Below, piece after piece: positions 18,625 to 26,351 of a stretch of DNA of 32,000 nucleotides. A model generated the notes under the pieces. The model did not search any database. It saw only the letters and a list, made by a program, of their open reading frames with translations, and was not told the DNA's origin. Each line of letters begins with the position of its first letter. Within the stretch, counting starts at the first letter, position 1. The translations under genes were made by a program, and so were the position numbers. Origin of the DNA: an uncultured bacterium (GTDB taxonomy: Bacteria; Patescibacteriota; Gracilibacteria; UBA1369; PNNO01); the NCBI GenBank assembly GCA_963704705.1, contig OY969931.1, positions 600,001-632,000 of the forward strand, given 5' to 3'.

Positions 18625-19713
18625 TTAATTCAGTAATTTCTCTTGTTGTGCAGGCGAAGACAAAGATTCAACCTGACTTAGCTTATCAGCAAATCTTGTG
18701 AGTTTTTTCTCTGAATTTTCAAAGCTTCCTCTTGCATGAGTTATATGTTTTCCAACAAGAGTAAAATCATCACCGAATTTTTCAAAATCACCCCTTAACC
18801 TTGATAGAGAAGTGAGAATTTCGCCTGCCTTTTTTTCAATTTGGAAACCTTTAAGACCGATTAAAATTGTTTGAAGGTAAACATAAAAGGTGTTTGGAGA
18901 AACAGGTATAACTTTTTTAGAGAAAGCATAATTAGTTAAATCAGTATTATCATCACTGTTTTTGATTATAATCTCATAATAAACGTTTTCAGCAGGTACA
19001 TACATTAAAGCAAAATCAAATGTTCCTTCATCAGGTAAAATATATTTTGAACTAATCTCATCAATTCGTTTTTTTACATCGCTGATGAATGTTTTTCTGA
19101 TTGCTGCTCGTTGTTTCTCATCGGTTTCTTCATACATTTTCCTGAAATTTTCCAATGGAAATTTTGAGTCAACCGGAATTAAATGATTATCACGTACATG
19201 AATTACAGCATCAACTGTATCACCGGTTTTAAAAGAATATTGCATTGAATAGTTTTCTCTCGGGAAAATTTGAGCAAGCAAATCACTTAAAAACAATTCT
19301 CCAAGACCGCCACGAAGTTTTGGCGCTTTTAATAATTCCTGCAATGAAGATATATCTTTACCAACTTCAAATATTTTTTTATTGCCTTCTTCAATTTTTG
19401 ATAACCTCGCTGTTACTGTATTTACTGCTTTTGCAGCTGTATCAAGCCTTTCTCCGACTGTTTGATGCTGTCTTTGTAAAACTGTAGTGTTTTCTTTTAA
19501 TCTTTCATTCACCTGCTTTGTAACTTCCGTTAATTGCTGAAGAACATTTTGAGTAACATTATTCAAATTGGTTGTCATGTTCTGATTCAAATCATCAAGT
19601 CTTTTATGGTAACCTGAATCATTGCCGCCATTTAATTTATTTTGAAAATAAAAAAATAAGCCGATTAATGCGCCGACCAAAAGCAAGATTATAACTATTA
19701 GCACTGTTTCCAT
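18625..19713 (-). CDS. rmuC: DNA recombination protein RmuC
   Basis: 362 aa. Has an N-terminal TM helix (VLIVIILLLVGALIGLFFYF), a long coiled-coil, and the conserved RmuC core (RGGLGE..L...L, VD..I......IPVDSKFP, ALMYVPAE). Confidence 0.85.
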   Translation of the reverse strand: METVLIVIILLLVGALIGLFFYFQNKLNGGNDSGYHKRLDDLNQNMTTNLNNVTQNVLQQLTEVTKQVNERLKENTTVLQRQHQTVGERLDTAAKAVNTVTARLSKIEEGNKKIFEVGKDISSLQELLKAPKLRGGLGELFLSDLLAQIFPRENYSMQYSFKTGDTVDAVIHVRDNHLIPVDSKFPLENFRKMYEETDEKQRAAIRKTFISDVKKRIDEISSKYILPDEGTFDFALMYVPAENVYYEIIIKNSDDNTDLTNYAFSKKVIPVSPNTFYVYLQTILIGLKGFQIEKKAGEILTSLSRLRGDFEKFGDDFTLVGKHITHARGSFENSEKKLTRFADKLSQVESLSSPAQQEKLLN

Positions 19714-19767
19714 AATATTTAACTTAATTAGAAATCTATAATAATGGAAAAATCATTAAAAAAGTAC

Positions 19768-19796
19768 TTGATTTATTTTTTGGAATGTGGCATAAT
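19768..19796 (+). promoter_or_regulatory. Sigma70-type promoter with extended -10, firing into a gene-free intergenic region
   Basis: TTGATT (19768-19773), a 17-nt spacer ending in TGG, then CATAAT (19791-19796). No plus-strand CDS follows for 3.4 kb. Confidence 0.5.
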
Positions 19797-19802
19797 ATAG
19801 GT

Positions 19803-20240
19803 ACAAAAGAAAAATAAATATAGAAGATCATTAAAATACAGCATTTAGAACACATACTTCTGGGAGGAACGGATCCTTAAGGGAGGAGCTTTGTTGGCCT
19901 TTATTTAAGATCAACGGCCACGGTACCTTGAGGATCCCTTTCTCCCCGAAGATGCAGATAGCCTTATTCATTTTTTCACTTCGGTGATTTAATGATTTGC
20001 GTCTCTCTCTTACCTCTTTGATACTTCTTGTTTTTCTTTCCTCGGAAAGATTAACTTTTTGCTCCTTTCATTCTTCGGAATGCAATTAGCATCTTGTATC
20101 ACTCTGGTAAGAGATGGAAACTTTTTGATACCTTTATGCCTTATCCTTCGGGAAATTGCATTTTGGTACCATGGAGTTTCTTATGACTTCGGTCATACGA
20201 GGTGCTTTTTAGGCCCTCTAACTCTTTGGGGAGTTTTTTT
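19803..20240 (+). ncRNA. Candidate structured non-coding RNA, class unknown (~440 nt)
   Basis: It is bounded by the promoter above and by a short hairpin plus T7 run (20220-20240). Four C(UUCG)G-capped hairpins plus one CUCG-capped hairpin read correctly only on the plus strand (19975-19987, 20036-20049, 20068-20081, 20145-20154, 20183-20196). Long-range helices: 19862-19882 pairs with 19926-19946, and TCTCTTACC..TGATAC (~20003-20023) pairs with GTATCA..GGTAAGAGA (~20096-20114). There is no convincing ORF. Confidence 0.4.
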
Positions 20241-20306
20241 ATGCTTAAACATGCGTATTTGACCTACGGCCCCCGGACTAGCAAGTACGCTTTAGCGTGC
20301 TTGTGC

Positions 20307-23084
20307 TTATGCAGCCTTATTACAAATCAACCTGTATTCGCAGAACTTACAAGAAAATCCAGGCGTAGCTTCAAAATCTGATTTCATTAATTTATCTGCT
20401 TTTTCTTCAATTTCTTTTTCTGCTTTCTCAAGCTGTTCGCTATCTCGCGTAGTAGAGTGTCTTGTATTGTCTTCCAAAAAGTACAAACTTAGCTTTGAAG
20501 CATTAATACCATAAACATCGCGGCAGGCTAATGCGTAAATGGAAAGCTGTAAATCTTTATTTAATTTTTGATCTTTTTTGGATTGTCCTGTTTTATAATC
20601 TATTACTTCATATGTTGCGTCTTCGAGCTTATCTATTCTATCAATACGGCCATTAAATGAGTAATTTCCGATCTTTAAATTAAACGCGCGTTCCAGCATT
20701 TCCGGAATAATCCAATTCTTTTCATTTGTTTTGTAAAAATCTTCAAGAATTTCCAGTCCCTGTTTTTTTCGCGCATTATGATGCGCTCGGCTTTCATAGC
20801 CTTGCGGCCTCCAATTTTTCTCGTATAAATCTTTTAAATCAGTTAATCTTGGCTCTTTTCCATTTTTTAATCCTTCATAAAACTGGTTAAGGGTTTCGTG
20901 TATTGAAGTTCCAAAATTTGAAGCAGCAGTTGAAGGGGATGGAATATTATATAAATATCTAAATTTGTATTTTAACGGACAAGATTCAAAAGTAGTTAAT
21001 TGACTATAGCTGAATTTGCTTGGAATAGGGGATAGTCCAGCTTCTTTTTTAATAACTTTTGGCTTCTGTTCTTCCACTTCTACATCTTCATGTTCCATAA
21101 ACTCTACATCGTCAAGTCCGCTTAATTCATTTATAAATACTGAGGGTTTCCACTTTTTATTGCCTTCGTACTTCTCGCTGTAACTTAAAAATAATTTTTC
21201 TTTTGCTCTTGTACAAGCCACATACATCAAACGGCGCTCTTCATACAAATGCATGTCTTTATCAGGAACTTCCTCAATAATTAATGCATCTGGAATTTGA
21301 ATCGGATCACTTTTATTTGTTCCGGGAAATCTTTGCTGTACAAGTGATGGGATAAATACAACTGGGAATTGCAGCCCTTTTGCTGCGTGAATTGTAAGTA
21401 TTTGAACTGCATCGTGATCTGTTTCGGAAATACTTGAATCAAAGCGCGCTCCGGCATCTTCAAGTAAGTTAAGATAATCTATGAAATTATAAATATTATT
21501 GTCGTTATGCTGAAAATCATATTGCTGAATAAGCTTTAAAAATTCAGCGATATTGAGTATTTTTTCATCATTTTCATACGAATGTTCTGATTGGAGCTTT
21601 TGTATATATTGAAATTTTGTTAAAAATTCGCTGATTATCTGCGGAATAGTATGATCTTTTGAAAATTCAACCAATTCACCAAACAACTTAACTGTTTCTT
21701 TTAAATAATCTTCATCACGAATAACTTCAAGCAAAGAAATTTGATTGTCTTTTGTTTTATTTATAAGCGAAACAAGTGAGGCCATGGGAAAGTTATAAAC
21801 AGGCATTTGCAGTATCCTGAAAAGCGAAAGATCATCATCAGGATTGCTTATAAACTTTAGCACAGCCATCAAATCTTTAATTTCAGGTAAACTTGTTATT
21901 GTTTCTGATGATTTAACCTGAAAAGGCACTTCGTTTACCTTTAAAGCATCTATAATCGGCTGCGCAATTCCATGGGTTCGTACAAGAATAGCGATATCTT
22001 TATATTTATATTCTTTTACTAGTTCGTTGATCTCTTGAACAAAAAATTTATACTCATTTATGTAGTTATTAAAGCGGTTAATCTGTACTTTGTCGCTATC
22101 ATCGAATTGACTGTTTAGCTTTTTATTTATTTCATGACTTGCTTCTAATCTATATGGATTATTATTTTGTATAAGCTCGTATGAGGCATTTAGAATTTGA
22201 GGAACTGACCTGTAGTTTTCTTTAAGTACTATTTTTTTAGCTTCGGGATATTTTCGGCTAAATTCATTTATATTGCTCATTGAAGCACCTCTCCAACGAT
22301 AAATACTCTGATCATCATCACCAACAACAGTAAGGTTTTTATGAGCATCAGCAAGTAAATGTACAATCTTGCTTTGGCTGAAGTTGGTATCCTGGAATTC
22401 ATCAACCATTATTTGTTTATATTTTTGCTGATATTTTTTTAGGATTTGAGGCCTGCTTTCAAAAAGTCTTAAAACATAAGACTGCAGACCATTAAAATCC
22501 AGTACGTTGTCTTTAATTAATAATTCTTCGTATTTCAGATAAGCATTTGCAAGCTCCAAAAATCTTTCTTTATCTTCATCTGTATTTTCAGCAAATTCAA
22601 GATATGCTTTTGGAGAAATATCTTCATCTTTTAGGCGGGAAAAATGCGTGCCCAAAGCAGAAATAAACTTACCGGGATTGCCTAGCGGCCTGTAATAATT
22701 CAAATCAAAATCAAATAAATGTTTTTTTATAAACATCCATTGATCAATTTGGTTAAGAATTTTATATGATGTATCAAGACCTATCTCAAGCCCGCTTTCT
22801 TTTAAAATTTTGTCGCAAAAACCATGAAATGTATAAATCGGAATTTCTTCATATGAATATGGAAGTGCGATATCAACCCTTTCTATCATTTCATCAGTTG
22901 CTTTTTCAGTAAAAGTAAGCGCCAAAACACTTGTTGGATTGTATTTTTTTTCCTGAATTAAATATAGAATTCTTGAAGTAATTACATGTGTTTTTCCTGT
23001 TCCCGCACCCGCAATAATCAAAAGAGGTCCGTTTTCATGTTGAACTGCTTCTAATTGTTCTTTATTTAATTTATTTAAATCCAT
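20307..23084 (-). CDS. UvrD/PcrA-type superfamily-1 helicase fused to a C-terminal PD-(D/E)XK (Cas4/AddB-like) nuclease
   Basis: 925 aa. Has Walker A (AGAGTGKTHV), DEFQDT, further SF1 motifs, and a C-terminal nuclease core (GRIDRID...YEVIDYKTG). Cys residues at FESCP...CKFCEYRLIC give the C...C-x2-C-x5-C Fe-S pattern. Confidence 0.9.
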   Translation of the reverse strand: MDLNKLNKEQLEAVQHENGPLLIIAGAGTGKTHVITSRILYLIQEKKYNPTSVLALTFTEKATDEMIERVDIALPYSYEEIPIYTFHGFCDKILKESGLEIGLDTSYKILNQIDQWMFIKKHLFDFDLNYYRPLGNPGKFISALGTHFSRLKDEDISPKAYLEFAENTDEDKERFLELANAYLKYEELLIKDNVLDFNGLQSYVLRLFESRPQILKKYQQKYKQIMVDEFQDTNFSQSKIVHLLADAHKNLTVVGDDDQSIYRWRGASMSNINEFSRKYPEAKKIVLKENYRSVPQILNASYELIQNNNPYRLEASHEINKKLNSQFDDSDKVQINRFNNYINEYKFFVQEINELVKEYKYKDIAILVRTHGIAQPIIDALKVNEVPFQVKSSETITSLPEIKDLMAVLKFISNPDDDLSLFRILQMPVYNFPMASLVSLINKTKDNQISLLEVIRDEDYLKETVKLFGELVEFSKDHTIPQIISEFLTKFQYIQKLQSEHSYENDEKILNIAEFLKLIQQYDFQHNDNNIYNFIDYLNLLEDAGARFDSSISETDHDAVQILTIHAAKGLQFPVVFIPSLVQQRFPGTNKSDPIQIPDALIIEEVPDKDMHLYEERRLMYVACTRAKEKLFLSYSEKYEGNKKWKPSVFINELSGLDDVEFMEHEDVEVEEQKPKVIKKEAGLSPIPSKFSYSQLTTFESCPLKYKFRYLYNIPSPSTAASNFGTSIHETLNQFYEGLKNGKEPRLTDLKDLYEKNWRPQGYESRAHHNARKKQGLEILEDFYKTNEKNWIIPEMLERAFNLKIGNYSFNGRIDRIDKLEDATYEVIDYKTGQSKKDQKLNKDLQLSIYALACRDVYGINASKLSLYFLEDNTRHSTTRDSEQLEKAEKEIEEKADKLMKSDFEATPGFSCKFCEYRLICNKAA

Positions 23085-23138
23085 AGTAATAATTTAACCT
23101 AAATCCTTTAAAATAAAAACTGAAAATTGGAGTTTTTG

Positions 23139-23167
23139 TTGTTAAATAAAGGTTTTTCTGATATAAT
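23139..23167 (+). promoter_or_regulatory. Sigma70-type promoter for the 23189 gene
   Basis: TTGTTA (23139-23144), a 17-nt spacer ending in TGA, then TATAAT (23162-23167). Confidence 0.45.
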
Positions 23168-23188
23168 ATAGAGAAATAATTGTTATTT

Positions 23189-24982
23189 ATGTGTTCTGTG
23201 TTTTTATCAAAATCAGAATTTGAAAAATCTAAACACGATGAAGAAGCTTTAAAAAAGAAAGCAACTCCACCTGTTTTAAGTAAAAATCCTAAAACTCCTG
23301 ATTCTAATTCAAAAGCAAAAGCAGTTGCTGCAGATAAAACCGAAGAAGCTAAAAAAGCTGGTAAAAGACGTTTGGAAAAATTAAAAACAGGAAAAGAAAA
23401 AAAAGAATCAAAAGATTTTAAAATTAAACTATTTGGAACTGAAGTAATTAGAAAAAGTGAAAATGGTGTAGTTTATTATTTGGATTTAAGCGGTAAAAAA
23501 ATAACTGATCTTGCAAAATGGGCTTCAGATAGATTAAAAGATTCAACTGTTACAGCAAAATTAGAGAGAGATTTAAAACCATATTCAGGCAAATTAGAAG
23601 CTGTTACGCCTGAACAAAGAGCAAAATCCTTAAAAGATTTAAACAGCAAATTAATTCTCGATTTACAAAATGGAGCTGACAATAAAGGACAAATAAAAGG
23701 AGATAAAATTGAATTGGCTGCCTTAAGAGCACAAGCTGTTTTGGAAAAAAAATCAGGTTTAACTTTTTCAGTCACAGAAAATTTATCTAAAGTTAAAAAC
23801 AGTAAGTATTTGGACTATCAACATGTCTTACCACCTAATGCCACAACTATTATAGTGGAGAGGGCAGGTAAAAAATTTGTATGCGTAAGAATGATTGATA
23901 GAAGTGAAGGAGAAAGAATAGGGTATTTTAATTTACAAGCAGGAAAAAGAGTGTCAATGCAAAAAGGCGATACTGTGTCTATCGTTGGTACAATCGATAC
24001 AAAAAGCGCACAATATACACAAGTAGTTGAACAGGAAAATTCAGCAATATCTAAGCGTGCAAAAACAGGTTTTGCCTATAGCAAAGATAAAGAAAAACCT
24101 GACAAAGTAACAGCAAGTCGCAGTGGAAGAGCTTCTTATATTCCAAAAACTTCGTCATATGCATCAGTAGGAGCACAAGACTCGCCAAGCTCACCGGCTT
24201 CAACTGCACCTGCCACATGGGATCCTTCTAAGAATGAAAGTAAAGAAGTTGCAGGTGAATACAATATAAAAACTGTTAAAAATCCGGAAATAAACGGAGG
24301 CAGAAATATACATTTATTTATACCGGAGAAGCTTGACCCTAAAAAACCTACTCATCTTATTTATTATTTTCATGGATTTACCAATCCTGCAAGTGCAGCC
24401 AAAGAACTTTTAACAAATCCGCGTGAATGGAGCAAAAAAAATATGCTCAGTGGCTTAAAGGACCTTGCAAAAACTCATAATATTGTCTTTGCAATGCCAG
24501 AAGGGGAGAGCGGCAGGTCAAAATGGTGGTCATTACATAAAAAAGAGAATTTTGAAAAATTTGATGAATTTGTAAGAAAAGAATCAGGCGCAGATAAGAC
24601 CAAAGATGTAAAAAGATATATTATGGGGCATAGCGGCGCATATATTGCTTTAAATGGTATTTTAAAAAGTATGCCAGCAAATTATTTTGCCGGGCTTGGC
24701 CTTTTTGATACTATTTATGGAAAGGGATTTTATGCTCAGGAAATTTTCAAGCGTTTAAGTAAGCACGATAAAATGAAGGTATGGTCATTATTTAGGGCAG
24801 GATCAAGTGCTCCTAACAGAAATAATAATGAACTTCAAAAAATGCTACAAAATAACCCTGGCTCAAGAAAAGCAGAAAAAGATATGAAGTTTAGTACAAC
24901 TAGTTTAAAACACATAGATATAAAAGCTCCGGGAATTCGTGATTCAATGAAGTTTTTCATAGATAATGAGAAGAAAGCTTAA
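23189..24982 (+). CDS. Hypothetical protein: Lys-rich N-terminal region, possible alpha/beta-hydrolase-like C-terminal domain
   Basis: Long ORF with AT-rich backbone codon usage. The ORF track starts at TTG 23180, but ATG 23189 is favoured given the promoter position. The C-terminal part contains YYFHGF and MGHSGAY, which are oxyanion-hole-like and nucleophile-elbow-like motifs that do not fit canonical GxSxG. No signal peptide is evident. Confidence 0.65.
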   Translation: MCSVFLSKSEFEKSKHDEEALKKKATPPVLSKNPKTPDSNSKAKAVAADKTEEAKKAGKRRLEKLKTGKEKKESKDFKIKLFGTEVIRKSENGVVYYLDLSGKKITDLAKWASDRLKDSTVTAKLERDLKPYSGKLEAVTPEQRAKSLKDLNSKLILDLQNGADNKGQIKGDKIELAALRAQAVLEKKSGLTFSVTENLSKVKNSKYLDYQHVLPPNATTIIVERAGKKFVCVRMIDRSEGERIGYFNLQAGKRVSMQKGDTVSIVGTIDTKSAQYTQVVEQENSAISKRAKTGFAYSKDKEKPDKVTASRSGRASYIPKTSSYASVGAQDSPSSPASTAPATWDPSKNESKEVAGEYNIKTVKNPEINGGRNIHLFIPEKLDPKKPTHLIYYFHGFTNPASAAKELLTNPREWSKKNMLSGLKDLAKTHNIVFAMPEGESGRSKWWSLHKKENFEKFDEFVRKESGADKTKDVKRYIMGHSGAYIALNGILKSMPANYFAGLGLFDTIYGKGFYAQEIFKRLSKHDKMKVWSLFRAGSSAPNRNNNELQKMLQNNPGSRKAEKDMKFSTTSLKHIDIKAPGIRDSMKFFIDNEKKA

Positions 24983-26179
24983 TTATGCAGCGATCTCTTC
25001 TTCAGCAGGTTTTTCTTCTTCCGCATTACTCGCTTTGCTCGTTCCAGAAGCCTTTGCTTTCGTTTCGCCCTGTTTATCGCTCAATGCTTTTATACTTAAG
25101 CCGATTCTGTGCTCTTCAGGATCTACAGAAATAATTTTAGCTTCAACTTTATCACCAACTTTAAGTACTTTTGTCGCATCTTCTAGAGGTTCTTCCTGAA
25201 TTTCAGTTAAGTGGATAAGTCCGTTAATATCTTCACCCAATTTAACAAATGCACCGAATTGAGTTACTTTATTAACTTCGCCCTCAACTGTTTTTCCAAT
25301 TTTAAAGTTTTTAGCAGCTTCAAGCCAAGGATCAGGTGTTAATCTTTTCATGCTTAATGAGATTTTTTCACCTTCAATTCCAATAACTAGAATTTCTACT
25401 TCATCGCCGATTTTACCGTATTCAGCAGGATCTTTAACATGGCCCCATGCGATTTCAGAGATATGAACAAGCCCTTCGAGTCCGTCGAATGCAACGAATA
25501 TACCAAATTTAACAATACCGCTGATTTCACCTTTAACTTTTTGTCCTATTTTAAGTTTTTTAAGCGATGCATTACGTTGTTCGCTCATTGCAGCCTTTTC
25601 AGAAAGAATCAATTTACCGTTATCGTGATCAATATTAATAACTTTTACATCAAAGTCTTTGCTTACCAGGTCATTAAGTCTTTTTAAAATTTCATTTGAA
25701 TCAGCTCCGTTTACACGTGGATAATGCATTGGGGCAAGCTGAGAAACAGGTATGAAGCCTTTAATTCCGTCAACTTCCAATAATAATCCACCTTTATTTG
25801 CTTCATTTGCTTTTACTTTAATAATGTCACCGTTTTCATAAGCTTCAACAAAATATTGCCAGCTTTTCTCCTGACTTGCTTTTCTAAGTGAAAGAACAAC
25901 AAGCCCATCAGGATTTTCAGGGTCTATTACATAAGTTGAAATAGTATCACCAATTTGGAGTTCTTTTATTGTACCCATGCTGTCATGAGCTTCTTTACCA
26001 GCAATAATTCCGGTGCTAATCCCACCGAGATCAACTAAAATCTTATTTTTATAAATGTCAGTAACTGTTCCGTCAATTAAGGAACCCGGAGTAGGGAATA
26101 CAATTTCAGGTGAATCTTTAAGAAGTTTTTCCATAACTTCACTCTCGTCACCAAAAACTTTGGTCATTTGGGTATTCAT
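24983..26179 (-). CDS. rpsA: 30S ribosomal protein S1 (four S1 domains)
   Basis: Contains four repeats of the S1 OB-fold pattern (G..V.G.V......G..V......G..H.SE/Q). The acidic/Lys-rich tail ends at 24983, abutting the stop of the convergent gene. The ORF extends to a TTG at 26233, the first ATG is 26179, and 26167 is also possible. Confidence 0.9.
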   Translation of the reverse strand: MNTQMTKVFGDESEVMEKLLKDSPEIVFPTPGSLIDGTVTDIYKNKILVDLGGISTGIIAGKEAHDSMGTIKELQIGDTISTYVIDPENPDGLVVLSLRKASQEKSWQYFVEAYENGDIIKVKANEANKGGLLLEVDGIKGFIPVSQLAPMHYPRVNGADSNEILKRLNDLVSKDFDVKVINIDHDNGKLILSEKAAMSEQRNASLKKLKIGQKVKGEISGIVKFGIFVAFDGLEGLVHISEIAWGHVKDPAEYGKIGDEVEILVIGIEGEKISLSMKRLTPDPWLEAAKNFKIGKTVEGEVNKVTQFGAFVKLGEDINGLIHLTEIQEEPLEDATKVLKVGDKVEAKIISVDPEEHRIGLSIKALSDKQGETKAKASGTSKASNAEEEKPAEEEIAA

Positions 26180-26317
26180 GATGCCTGTGCAATAGAGCCT
26201 TTTAAAGTTTAGTAGCTCACATTTTTGTAACAACGGCTCTACTACTTAAAGGTTGTTAAAACACATGAGCACAAAAAGATTACACTATGTTTTTTAAATT
26301 TGCAAATTAAAAATTCA

Positions 26318-26346
26318 CCAAAACAAAATAGCTTTGCCCGGCAAAG
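26318..26346 (-). terminator. Weak hairpin plus T-rich tract downstream of clpC
   Basis: On the minus strand the sequence reads CTTTGCCGGGCAAAG followed by CTATTTTGTTTTGG, beginning 6 nt after the clpC stop. The stem is short and AU-rich. Confidence 0.35.
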
Positions 26347-26351
26347 TGGGA

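Noticed and set aside
20059-20262. A 67-aa plus-strand ORF inside the candidate ncRNA.
   Set aside because: It has a TTG start and no SD. Its Leu/Phe/Cys-rich translation is typical of T-rich non-coding sequence, and it spans the hairpins.
19803-20300. The intergenic structured region considered as RNase P RNA, tmRNA, SRP RNA or 6S RNA.
   Set aside because: The minus strand of 20261-20281 reads CTAGTCCGGGGGCCGTAGGTC, reminiscent of RNase P CR-I (AGUCCGGGCUCCAUAGG). However, no complementary P4 3' strand, GAGGAAA or ACAGAA box is present, and its 5' helices would have to lie inside the helicase CDS. There is no GGTTCGA-type T-arm or tag ORF for tmRNA, and no SRP domain IV motif. The promoter, the U-run and the UUCG loops all favour the plus strand.
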